Source: the human T2T-CHM13v2.0 reference genome, Homo sapiens. Taken from it: DNA of 64,000 bases. This document shows positions 15,665 to 28,077 of the stretch, piece after piece. The notes beneath the pieces were generated by a model that was not told where the DNA came from, did not search any database, and worked only from the letters and a program-made list of their open reading frames with translations. Position 1 is the first letter of the stretch, and each line of letters starts with the position of its first letter. Location: the NCBI RefSeq assembly GCF_009914755.1, contig NC_060932.1; one strand, written 5' to 3'. Made by a program: the position numbers and the translations under genes.

Positions 15665-16080
15665 TTTGTTTTTTTTAAGTTTTTCTGTTTTTAAATTTCT
15701 GTTTATTTAGCGGGTACAAGTGCAGTTTTGTTACATGGATATAACTCTGGTCTTTCAGTGTAACCATCACTCAAATAGTGTACCTTGTACCTATTACGTA
15801 ACTTGTCATTCCTCACCCTCCTCCCACCCTCCCATCTTTCTGAGTCTCCAATGTCTATTATTCCACCCTCTATGTCCATGTGTACTCATTATTTAGTTCT
15901 TACTTATAAGTAAGAACATGCAATATTTGACTTTCTGTTTCTGAGTTATTTCACTTAAGATAATAGCCTTCAGGTCCATCCATGTTGCTGCAAAAGACAT
16001 GAATTGATTCTTTTGTATGGCTGAGTAGTATTCCATGGTGTATATACGTTACATTTTCTTGATTCAATCATCCATTGATT
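15665..16080 (-). mobile_element. L1 (L1PB/L1MA class) 3' end
   Basis: T-rich tail then gggtacaagtgcagttttgttacatggat...catccatgttgctgcaaaagacatg. Confidence 0.92.
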
Positions 16081-16094
16081 GAATGGTGTCCTTT

Positions 16095-16480
16095 GACTTA
16101 TCAAATAAATGGTGCTAGGAAAATTGGCTAGCCATATGCAGAACAATGAAACTCGTTCCCCTATCTCTCACCATATGCAAAAATTCACTCAAGATGAATT
16201 AAAGATTTAAATGTAATACCTGACACTATAAAAATCCTACAAGAAAATTTAGAAAAAACTCTTCTGGGCATTGCCTAGGGAAGGAATTCATTACTAAGAC
16301 CCCAAAAGCAAGCAAATGCAACAAAAGCAAAAATAGGCAAATGGGACTTCATTAAACTAAAAGGCTTTGGCACAGCAAAAGATATAATCAACAAAGTTAA
16401 CACTCAACATACAGGATGGGTGAAAATACTTGCAAAGTACACATCCAATGAAGGGCTGATATCTAGATATCTAGAACCTA
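16095..16480 (+). mobile_element. L1 ORF2 segment inverted relative to the adjacent 3' end
   Basis: aataaatggtgctaggaaaattggctagccatatgcagaac...aaactaaaaggctttggcacagcaaaa is sense L1 ORF2. Confidence 0.9.
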
Positions 16481-16534
16481 TGAAGCTGTTTTTAAGAACA
16501 GAATGAGGACATGAGCCAACACCCAGGATTCCAG

Positions 16535-16621
16535 TGGAAAGTGAACAGAGCAGGCACAGTTAATGGAAAATGAACAGAGCAGGTACAGTTAATGGAAAGT
16601 GAACAGAGCAGGTACAGTTAA
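16535..16621 (+). repeat. 29-bp tandem repeat, 3 copies
   Basis: Unit tggaaagtgaacagagcaggtacagttaa at 16535, 16564 and 16593; units 1 and 2 each differ from unit 3 at one base. Confidence 0.97.
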
Positions 16622-17112
16622 CGTCATACTTTACCTTTTTCCATTTGCACTTCACGAAGAGATGAGCTTTGATAGTTAACTTCTCTCTCTTTTTCTCTCT
16701 GTTTTCTTCTTGTGCAAACTGGGTGATGACATTGACTCTCTTCACAGGAAAGCACTAAGTGAGGATTAACTAGGTAATGAGAGCAAATTGGAAGGGTGAT
16801 GGAGATGCTCCGCAACCTTGCTGATGGATTTCTCCCAGCGAGAGAATCTCTTCAATGCATCTTTCATCTGTGTCTTACAGGCAGGGTGTACCATCGTTAT
16901 CTCTGCATTCTGCTTAAGCCATCCCCTCCAAACCCTGCCTCTAAGGAGCTTTGGCCTATTCCTTGAAAGGATTCTTCAGTTATCCCACCAACAATCAGAG
17001 GCAGCAGGACTCAATATCCCCCTGTATGGAGAAAAACTGAGACAGGAGATTGGGCTAAGTTGTCAGTGATTCACCCCCATTCCTGCCCTAAGGAAAGGAT
17101 CTTTTTCTTTCC

Positions 17113-17404
<292 letters not shown>

Positions 17405-17790
17405 AAAAGCATCTTCTCAAAAATCTTTCTTCCAAAATGTATATTATACAAACTTTCTGGAGAACAATTTAGGAAAATAAGTATTCAAAATTCTTAGAAA
17501 GGTGCATGATTCTTGCCCACTGAATTCCACTTTCAGCACATGACCATTAGTCTTTCATTTCTTCTTCTCTTCTTCACACCAGAGTGTATTGCCTTCAACA
17601 AAGAAACTAACCACTTTTAGACTTGTAATTAACCTGTCCCTTCCCCTCATCTGCCCACCTGACTACTGAAAGTCCCCAGAGTCTGCTTCTTAGTGGGACA
17701 CCAGCCTTCTGCAAGGCACTTATTCTCTGGTTATGAACCTGTTTAAGGAAATCTATATATTTGCACAGAACCATGGAAATATAGATGTGA

Positions 17791-18111
<321 letters not shown>

Positions 18112-18579
18112 AGCCCACACTTTTTATCAGATGAGGAACTAGAGACTCTGAGAAGACAGGTGGCTTATCCAAGAGTTCATACTTATTCAAGGCTACAGAA
18201 TAAACCAGAATCTGGGGCCTGTAACTCCCATATGGGCCCTTCTCGAGTTATGGAGACTTAACGGTGTGGGACACAAAATAGGAAGAAGTAGAGTAAAACT
18301 TTATAAAGTAGGAAAAGAAATAATGTTTGTACTATGTATAATGGCACTTCAAAATCCACCATTAGGAGTGTCTACAGTTTCCTCTGCATAATTTAGAGGC
18401 TGAGGCCATGTACCTCAATTCAGTCCAGTTTTCTATCCAAGAGGTGCAAGCTCTAAAATAAAGGAAAGGAATATTCTTTATCAGTCATCAGCTTAATCTC
18501 AAAATATTGTGTGCTCCATAATTGACCTTCATTGGGGCATTATGGACAGGGGCTTACTATATGCTAAGCTATGTAAATA

Positions 18580-18855
18580 CAGATGCTCCTCAGCTTATAA
18601 TGGGGTTGTCTGGATAAATCCATTGTAAGTTGATCCACACATAACCCTATTAAAAGTCAAAGAGCATACTGAATGTGTATTGCATTTGCACCATTCTAAA
18701 ATCAATGTGTCCCATGTGTAAAATCAGTTGCATCCGAAAAGCCTGAAACGTGTACATATTCTTTGATCTAGCCATCTTATTCTAAAAATCAAAATAAAAT
18801 CAAAATAAAATCAAAATATAGGTAAGTTGAACTGTCATAAGTTGGGGACCATGCG
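18580..18855. mobile_element. MER47/Tigger5-type MITE carrying a foreign insertion
   Basis: TA-flanked termini cagatgctcctcagcttataatggggtt ... cataagttggggaccatgcg. Confidence 0.75.
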
Positions 18856-18860
18856 TACTC

Positions 18861-19325
18861 TGATAGTCAGTGTTATGTATGAACTTGACCAAGCCGCAGG
18901 GTCCCAGACATTTGTCCAGCCATTAATCAGGTGTGTCTGTGGGAATGTTTCTGGATGAGATGAACATTTGAACTGGTAGATTGAGAAAAGCAGATTCGTC
19001 TCCCCTATGTCAGTGGACCTCATCCAATCAAGACCTGAATAGAACAAAAAGGCTGAGTAAGAGGGAACTACTCCTGTCTGACTGCTTTGAGCTGGGACAT
19101 CAATCTTCTGGCCTTCAAGCTCAAATGCAAATATCAGCTCTTCTTGAGTCTTGAGGCTACTGGTTTTCAGACTAGAATTTATACCATTGGCTCTCCTGGT
19201 TCTCAGGCCTTCAGATTTAGACTGAAACTACACTATCAGCATTCCTGAGTCTCCAAATTGCTGACTGCAGATCTTATGACTTTCCAGTCATTCCATTCCT
19301 TGTCATAACTCTCTTTCTCTTTCTT

Positions 19326-19359
<34 letters not shown>

Positions 19360-19361
19360 AC

Positions 19362-19413
<52 letters not shown>

Positions 19414-19465
19414 GAACAGATACATCCTATTGGTTCTGTTTCTCTGGAGAACCCTGACTAATATA
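18861..19465 (+). mobile_element. MLT2B-like solo LTR (ERVL) with internal (CT)n(TA)n
   Basis: Ends cctattggttctgtttctctggagaaccctgactaata; microsatellite at ~19309-19413. Confidence 0.88.
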
Positions 19466-19809
19466 CAGTTATGTGTCACTTAACAATAGGATATATTCCA
19501 AAAATGTGTCATTAGGCAATTTCATGATTTGTGAATATCATAGAATATTCTTACACAAACCTGGATGGTTTGCTGCACACCTAACCTGATGCACACTGAG
19601 GCTTTATGGGATAGCTTGTTGCTCCCAGACTAGAAACCTGTACAGCATATTACTGTACTGAATACTGGAGGCAATTTCTAACACAATGACAAGTATTTGT
19701 GTCTCTAAACATAGAAAAACACAGTAAAAATATGGTATTATAATCTTATGGGACCAGTTGTATATGTGGTGTGTCAGTAACCAAAATGTCATTATGCAGC
19801 ATATGACTG
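19466..19809 (+). mobile_element. Tigger3a (MER7A) MITE inserted at a TA in the LTR end
   Basis: cagttatgtgtcacttaacaa ... gttatgcagcatatgactg-like terminus, TA on both sides; internal aaacctgtacagcatattactgtactgaatac. Confidence 0.9.
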
Positions 19810-19824
19810 TATATATACATTTAC

Positions 19825-19965
19825 ACTTAATCCTCACAAAAACCCTCTGAAATAGGTACTATTGTTTTGATTATCAACCTAACTTTAAAACTGGGAAATT
19901 ATACATAGACTGGTTAAGTTCCTCGCCCAAAGCTACACACTGCATCTGGAAGGAGTCTGAATTCA
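19825..19965 (-). mobile_element. MIR
   Basis: ttaatcctcacaaaaaccctctgaaataggtactatt...ggttaagttcctcgcccaaag. Confidence 0.8.
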
Positions 19966-20009
19966 CCCAGATACCGCGTGCTCCATCTGTTTGATTCACA
20001 TTCTCCTAA

Positions 20010-20300
20010 TTGTGTCCCAAAAGCCTGAAACATGTGCATATTCTTTGATCTAGCCATCTTATCCTAAGAATTTACCCTAAGTAATAATCATGGATGTATT
20101 CAAATATATCGCAAAACATTTATAACAGTAAAAATATCTAAACAACTTAAATGCTAAACAATAATAGGCGATTGGTTAAATGTTCTATGATGTAGTTACT
20201 CAGTGAAATACTACCTTCATTACAAACCATGCCCTCAAGGACTATTTATTTACTTGGGTAATCATTCAAGCTATATAGATGAGAGTAAAAGGCCTGTTAC
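20010..20300 (+). mobile_element. L1ME ORF2/3' fragment
   Basis: catattctttgatctagccatc...aagaatttaccctaag...aaacaacttaaatg...gattggttaaat. Confidence 0.7.
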
Positions 20301-20457
20301 AAGCCTGAGGAGAGATGGTAACTAAATATACTGTATGCTCGATGAGACCCTGAAATTACATTTTACCATGTTTCCTTAGGCTTGTAGCATTCCATTTTTA
20401 CTTCTATTCTGAAGCAGAAAAAGGAGATTAGATAAAAACTAAGAAAACCTTAATAAA

Positions 20458-20492
20458 GGCCGGGCGCAGTGGCTCACGCCTGTAATCTCAGC
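20458..20492 (+). mobile_element. Isolated Alu head (first 35 nt)
   Basis: ggccgggcgcagtggctcacgcctgtaatctcagc after an A-rich target; rest of the Alu absent. Confidence 0.93.
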
Positions 20493-20623
20493 GCTGGGAT
20501 TACACACATCCCTGTTTTTAAAAGTGAAATCTGCCTTCTATAGAACACATTCCCCCACAGAAATATACTACAGAAAACAGACCTAATAAAGTGGAGTTTT
20601 GTTCAAATGCTTCCCTCACAATG
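20493..20623 (-). repeat. 131-bp inverted repeat, left copy (partner 21968-22098)
   Basis: Reverse complement aligned by hand to 21968-22098: ungapped, 5 mismatches, all transitions. Confidence 0.97.
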
Positions 20624-21967
20624 ATGCTTTAATTTGCTGAGGAACATATGATTGATCCTAGTTCACCTGCTGAACATGCATAGGCAGTGTGCATCTCTAG
20701 CACACTGATTAAAATGAATACCCAGAGGCTCAACATGATTTCTTATTAATCAGAACATACACAACTTTGTGAAAGGGACCTTAGAGCCATTCTCTGCCCC
20801 AGGGTGAACTGGGACACAGGTATAGAAACCTCCAGGACTCTGTTGGAAGAGTTTTTCTTCTAGGTTTTTTTTTTTTTTCTGTTATAACTGTCCTTTCCAA
20901 GATTAAATGATGCCTAGGATATCACATCGTTCAGAAGAGGTTGAAAGAGGGAGTTATTTATAAATCCTGAAGGTTCTAGGAGGTTTGGGCTTAGACCACT
21001 TTGGACTCAGAGAAGGCTGTGAGGTAAGGCATGTTCTAATCTTGTTGATGGAAGTCCTAATGTGTCTTAGAAGATTTCTGGTCATCACTGTCTTTAGGGA
21101 CTCAGAGTCTTCCTCTAAGTTAGTTTCAGGACCCTTTGAAGTATTGGCATTGCTGGCTCAGTCCACTGGCTCTTTGGCCTTCACCTGTCTGCATTATGGT
21201 TATAGCTGAGATGCCAGGAAAAACACAAGATGAGTCTGTTCAGCTCGAAGCTGACTCAACTGGTTTCTACCACCTCAATTCAAACTAGGAATGAGATATT
21301 TTTCTTCCTTTGCTTTTTAGGGCAATTAATGTTCCCACATATCTCCCTTTTTCTTGCCATTTCTTAGCATCCTAAACACTAATTTTGCAAAATAATGTTG
21401 TAAATGCTTTGCATAGTCACTATCTTATGTTGCCCTTCCTGTTCACAAGACAGCCGTCCGTGTCAGTTGAAGATTTCTATAGATATGCATCATCTCTGAT
21501 AGATAAAGGCATGTTTCAGAGACTATCCTGGTGGGAGTATTTTACTTTTGAAACCAACTAAATCTGGTTTTGCTCCTGTTTGTGGTACTTTATTTCTCCC
21601 TGTAGCAGGAGAGTAGTGCCAACGTGCCTGGAAAATCAAGTTTCAAACCTCTATTGCATTTTAAGCCATGTTTTAGAATCTTAGGGTCAATTAATATTAG
21701 AGTTCGACAAAATCTCTGCTCTCAAACAAAATTATATACAAAAGCTCAGTAAGTAAACCAGGTAAATGTTAAGGTGCTTCGGTTGAATCTAGGTTTAGGA
21801 GTCCAGAGAATCTAACTCAAACCTGGCAGCTGGAGGATACCCAAGAAACTCCCTGGGCTTAGTAGTGTACAGTGCGAAAAACAGCGATCTCATCCATGTC
21901 CTTCATTTTAGGGAGATGATACCTAAACTTTGTGGGTTTTATTTCAAAGTCACATGTTAATTAGTGG

Positions 21968-22098
21968 CATTGTGAGGGAAGCATTTGAACAAAACTCCAC
22001 TTTATTAGATCTATTTTCTGTAGTGTATTTCTGTGGGGGAATGTGTTCTATAGAAGGCAGGTTTCACTTTTAAAAACAGGGATGTGTATAATCCCAGC
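21968..22098 (+). repeat. 131-bp inverted repeat, right copy (partner 20493-20623)
   Basis: cattgtgagggaagc...cagggatgtgtataatcccagc. Confidence 0.97.
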
Positions 22099-22337
22099 AC
22101 TTTGGGAGGCCGAGGCAGGTGGATCACCTGAGGTCAGGAGTTCAAGAACAGCCTGGCCAACATGATGAAACCCCGTCTCTATTAAAAATACAAAAATTAG
22201 CCAGGTGTGGTGGCACGTGCCTGTAGTCCCAGCTACTTGGGAGGCTGAGGCAGGAGAATTGCTTGAACCCGGAGGTGGAGGTTTCAGAGCAAGACTCTGT
22301 CTCAAAAAAAAAAAAAAAGAAAGAAAGAAAAAGAAAA
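22087..22337 (+). mobile_element. AluS, 5'-truncated, with a deletion in the right arm
   Basis: Starts at taatcccagc; right arm jumps from ggaggtttc to agagcaagactc; ggatgtg on both sides (TSD-like). Confidence 0.95.
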
Positions 22338-22984
22338 AGGATGTGAAAGGAAAGAGTTTGCAAAAAAAAAAAATGCGGCAATCACAATACATTTATGTCT
22401 ATTCATATTATTTGAATTTGTCATTTTCTTCAGTGATTTTTTTTCCTTGGGTTGTTCTTATTTCTACATCATTATGTTTATTATATGAAGGAAGCAGTCA
22501 GCCTCATGTTTATTCTCTGGTAGAGAAGAGGAAAACAGTAATTTTTGAGCATGAATGCATAAGACCATACAGTTTATGGAAATGGCTGTAGCTTCTCTAA
22601 CCTTTCCCCTTTCATACATACTTGTTTCCATGTACACTTCATTCCCCCTTTTTCCCCCTTTAACTCTCTTTGTATTTGTATCCCTCCTTCCCTATGCCCT
22701 TTTTACTCAATTCATTCCCTACATCACAACCTGTGGTTTTTGTATCTGATCATAGTTTTCACCCTATTGAAAATCATGGCTGGCCAAGTACATGTTAACA
22801 GGAAAATTCTGGACAGTCCCTTTGTACACAAACCTTACTGCTTAGTTTCATCTGTGCAGATTGCTGTATACTCAGCCCTGCAGCAGAGAGACCACACTGA
22901 AGCCTTTAGTAGGAAAAGGATAGGAATGACAATACACTGCAGACACTTTCGTGAGTAAGTTGCTAAAGCGTCAGTAAAACATCA

Positions 22985-23200
22985 TGGTGAGGCCTCTGCA
23001 ATCAGCCTGCTTAGGTTTAAATGACAATTCTGTCACTTACAAATATATAACCATTTGGATAGTTATGTTTGCACTTTAAGCCTCATGTTAGTTATCTGGA
23101 ATAGTATATAATATTACCTACCTTTAGTGTCATCATAAGAATTAAATGATTTTTGTGATATAAAGTGTTAAGTGTGGTGCCAGACCCTGGCAAAGTTGGT
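22985..23200 (+). mobile_element. MIR
   Basis: Degenerate MIR body and tail (aagaattaaatga...taaagtgtt). Confidence 0.65.
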
Positions 23201-23205
23201 AATTG

Positions 23206-23380
23206 TCCCCTTCCTTCCTTCCCCGCTTTCACCTTCCTTCCTCCCTCCCTCCCTCCCTTCCTTCCTTAATTCCTTCTGTCCTTCCCTCCCTTCCTCCTTT
23301 CACCTCCTTCCCTTCCTTCCTTCTTTCCTTCTGTCTCTTTCACATGCCTTCTTTCTCTCTTCCCTTCCTTCCTTCCCCTC
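23206..23380 (+). repeat. (CCTT)/(CCCT)n polypyrimidine tract
   Basis: Read directly. Confidence 0.92.
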
Positions 23381-23427
23381 ACCATTCTATGAGGGCATAA
23401 CTGGGAGGGTTAATAGAATGGATATCT

Positions 23428-23955
<528 letters not shown>

Positions 23956-25159
23956 GAATATTCTGGTGAGAGGTTTTAAATCATGCAAGTGGCTGTCTGC
24001 CTCCAGTTAAGGTAAAAAGGGAAAGGCCTCAGCTTACACTGTGGTTGAGCCATATGACAGGACATACAAACACTATTAATATTACTAGAGAAGCAACCAG
24101 CACCGTTTTGAATAGCTCAGTCTATTGGGGGTGTGCCTTCTACTCAAGATGTAAATAAGGATAGGAAAAATAGCACTAGTATCAACTGCCATACAATTAT
24201 TTAGTCACCCTTGGGTAACTAAACAGCATAGGTATGTTGATCAAAATGCCCTTGAGTAATTGTCAGTGGAATTTTGAACTCTCCCCAATTCAATAAGATA
24301 CTGCTGCAGGTATTGGTGAGGTACAGGGAGCATCTAAATGGACTGTCTTTCATTGTCTTCCTTGAGGGTTCTAATTCTTTGGTTTTCTGGAGAATATTAT
24401 AGGATAGAATGTATATCAGAAGTGAGACTTGGGAGACCTGTGTGACCTCCCAAGCATGACAATATTCACAGATATTCAGATCCATAGAACACTTCAGGAA
24501 ATTGTCTTTATGTTCAAAGATCTCATAGAACATTTAGTTGGATACACTTCCCACACACATCTCTCCATTTGATATAGAGACATTATCTTTTCAAACTTTC
24601 TTTTTGGTCTTTTACAGAAGAACCTGTTAGGATATTCTCAAGATTTGTTCTAGTCACACGGGGGTGGAGGGGGAGGGGGGGTGTGTCATAGAAGTAGCTC
24701 TAGATCATTTAGCTTAAGAGTTAAATTTTTTGCAAAAATACTTTGTGGTGGATTTCTGATGCCAGTCCGCATAGGACTTTTATTATTGTAATAGTGTTTT
24801 GTCTTTCTTTTTTAAGATTAGGAAAGTATATTCACCATAATATTTGTTGTTAATCACTTATTTTTTATGCACCTTTTCCAAAGCAACTATATTGTCCTTA
24901 TCTTGAAAAATGAAAATAATAGCTTCCAGATAAATCCTTATGATAGTTTTGCTATCACTAGATAGTGGCAGAGGGAAACAGAGGAAAAGGAGATCTATGC
25001 ATTGTCTTTGAAAGTCAAGATTATTATACTAAATGTTTTTGAAGCATTTTGAAAATACAGCGATATTTACTTATAATTCTCAACTATATTACAGTTACTG
25101 GATCTAAATGAGAAGTTTGTTCATCTGTAAAGTATTTGAATGCTAATGGTATTCTTCTA

Positions 25160-25545
25160 GTCTAGTGCATTCAATTAAAATATAACGTGTGTTACATATG
25201 AAGTTAAAAATGTTTAGTAACCAAATTAAAAAGGTAAAGAGAAATAAGTGAAGTTAATTTTAATAATATATTATCTTTAACCTCTTTTAATAATATACTC
25301 TCTTTAACTCTTTAATATATTTAATAATATATTCTCTTTTATATACATAGAACATTGTCATTTCAACATGTAATCAATATAAAAAATATCAATTAGATAT
25401 TTTACATTCTTTTTTTCACATTAAATCTTTGAAATTTAGCACGTATTTTACACTTACAGTACATCTTAATTTGGACTAGATGCATTTCAGGTTCCCAATA
25501 GCCATATGTGTCTATTGGCGTTCGTATCATATTTATCATGGCAGT
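25160..25545. mobile_element. MER33 (hAT-Charlie) with an internal tandem expansion
   Basis: tttcaacatgtaatcaatataaaaaa...cacttacagtacatcttaatttggactag; ttaataatata unit repeated three times at ~25258-25340. Confidence 0.85.
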
Positions 25546-26916
25546 TTTAAATGTATTAAAATGATAAGTCTATAAGGTATCTTCTTAAGTAAATTCTCCC
25601 AAGTATAACAGATATCAGAGGTAATATACACCTACAAATAATTATTGCTAAAGTAAAATTTGTAAAGCTATTGACTGTCAGTAAATATGTTTAAGAAACA
25701 GTTTTTCGTATTACTCTAAGATTGTTCTTAAAACCAGCATTGCAGTTCAGTAGACAAGTGCAGATATTTGAAATAAGATGTTTTTATACTACCTATGTTT
25801 AAATTTCATGAGCTTCATCCAGCACTGGATTTTCTGGATTCTGAGATATGCTATTCACATTTCAACATTTATGAAAACAGAATACATCTTACAATTAATG
25901 TGTTCATTTAATGTAATCATACTTCTTGTTTTCCTGAAACTGAGTTGGAAATCATCATGGAAAATAGGTTCTTCTCAACACAGGAAGAGTTCTCAGCTAT
26001 TGTATAGTTGTGTTTTTGAGAACATGCTTCAGCACTTGAGAGATGGATTTCCTAGAGTTTTTCTTAAGGATCAAAATTAAAAGGTGGAAATATACAAACG
26101 CTAAATAATGGAATTAAGCATTGGCCTTGGATAACAGAAGGTGAAGGAGATAAGAGACAACTTTCTGTTCCAGCTCCACTTTAACCACAGGGGACATAAA
26201 TATATGGGACCTTGTAGTATTTAACCTTGTTAATATCTCCATACTGTTTTGCAGTAGGTGTTGGAACAGAGCTTCACATTTTTCTGGTGGAGGAGCCAGT
26301 GATCTCTGGATGGTGAAAATATTCTCTAAAACAGACTCCACAACTACAATGACCAGTACAATGTGTTTTCTATGCCGCTGTCCTCTGTCAAGGGGCATCA
26401 CAAGTGGCTGGCCTATATTCATGTAAAGGTAGAACTAGACCCCAATCAATGTGCCCTATAAATACCCAAGTCTTTAAATACCCTTAGATAATAAAGGTAA
26501 AAGATGCAAGAAAAAGAGGACTGGGAGAGTGGACCAAGTTTATAGTTCTTTCAAAGTCTATTTGAATTATTTAAAACCATTCTTTTTTTGTTAATAGATT
26601 TTAATTCTCATACATGTCACATGTTTCTTTTGCAGAATTCAAAACATTTTTAAAAACACCCATTTCAATAATATTGCATGCAAGGTAAACAAGAGGTTAG
26701 AATAACTAGTACAACATAACGCAGCTTGACTAGAATACCTCGTCATAACACAAGTACATCTTCTTTTACATTTATGCAAAGTGAAACATTGTCTGTCTCT
26801 CTCCATAGTCCAGAAAAATCTGTGGGGTAATTGCTCATTGTCCCTTCACACCCTGTTTATATTGCGCGTCTTCTATTTTAATAGTCCCAATAAACAGATG
26901 GAACCACAAAAACACA

Positions 26917-27036
26917 GCCGGGATGGCTCAGTTGGTCAATGGCATCAGAGAACTTAAAGTGCCTGATGCTGATGACTCTTCCAGAAGGCAATCCTCTTAT
27001 GAGGGTCAGGGTCTAGAGAGTCCACGTTGCTGCTCG
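26917..27036 (+). pseudogene. Degenerate tRNA-Lys(TTT)-like or tRNA-SINE-head relic with an internal interruption
   Basis: gccgggatggctcagttggt (17/20 to the remembered tRNA-Lys-TTT 5' end), A box tggctcagttgg, gcatcaga, later tgagggtcagggt...agtcc; B box degenerate. Confidence 0.4.
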
Positions 27037-27458
27037 TACTCTCTGTGTTTAATTCCAGCTAACATGACAAAGTGCAAGCGTATGACAAGGACTTTCAGTG
27101 TGACCATCAGCTGGAAGAAGCCAAGTGCGTACAGCTCCCGGTGGGGTGGCACATGCTCCTCTTGTGACTTAATGGTGGCTTGTGGCTCCACTTCCCTTGG
27201 GGGTTGTTTTTGTTGTTCTTCTCTCAGGACCACATTTATTTTGATGTTTTAAAAGAGAAAGAAAAGTTCCAAAAACTTCCTTTCTCGTATTTCCTCTTTG
27301 AGATCCAGCAAAATTTCTACAACTGGCCTTTTCCAGATGGCTTGCCCAGAATTGCTGAGAGTTTGAGGCACCTCAAGCTCTGGGCTCAACATCGAAGGTT
27401 CTTTAAATGTGCCTTTTATCCTTTAGTTTCTGTCACTTGATGATGGGTGACCACCCTC

Positions 27459-27491
27459 ATCTCTCTCTCTCTCTCTCTCTTTTTTTTTTTT
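27459..27491 (+). repeat. (CT)n plus polyT
   Basis: Read directly. Confidence 0.9.
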
Positions 27492-27700
27492 CCTACTAAA
27501 CATGAGATTACTGGAAATATTTCATGATTGGATACATGCTATTGGTTAATCCATTTAACCAAACTCCCATCAATGGATGTGGAGTGTTTACAACATTTTT
27601 GCTCTCATAACAGTGCTTGACAATGTAGGGATTTGTCAGGTTTTAATCCAAATAGGGCTTTATGATACTTGCCATTATACTATCAGATACTTTTTCCCAC

Positions 27701-28077
27701 TGATATGGTTTGGCTGTATGTCTCCACCCAAATCTCACCTTGAGTTGTAGTCCTCATAATCCCCATGTGTCAAGGGCGGGACCAGGTTGAGGTAATTGAA
27801 TCATGGGAGCAGTTTTCCCTCATGCTGTTCCTATGATAGTGAGTGAGTTCTCAGGAGATCTGATGGTTTTATAAGGGGCTTCCCCCTTCACTTGGCACTC
27901 ACTCTGTCCTGCCCCTTGTGAAGAGGGTGCCTGCTTCTCCTTTGCCTTCTGCCATGATTGCAAGTTTCCTAAGGCCTCCCCAGCAGTGTGAAACTGTGAG
28001 TCAATTAAACCTCTTTTCTCTATAAATTACCCAGTCTCAGGTATTTCTTCATAGCAGTGTGAGAACAGACTAATACA
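27701..28077 (+). mobile_element. THE1D-like solo LTR (MaLR)
   Basis: tgatatggtttggctg...gagaacagactaataca, 377 bp; decayed 5-bp TSD cccac/ctcat. Confidence 0.93.

Noticed and set aside
16535-16621. CRISPR-like 29-bp repeats
   Set aside because: Units are contiguous with no spacers, in a primate genome without cas genes.
20493-22098. Novel DNA transposon with 131-bp TIRs inserted into an Alu
   Set aside because: The repeat ends are Alu-derived, there is no transposase ORF inside, the right Alu has its own TSD-like flank, and the left target is not repeated after the tail. A template-switch scar fits better; kept as a finding in that form.
26114-27440. Several 75-109 aa ORFs in unique DNA, and a possible minus-strand retrogene ending at ATTAAA plus an A-run near 26583-26605
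   Set aside because: No recognisable domain, overlapping ORFs on both strands, and no convincing TSD.
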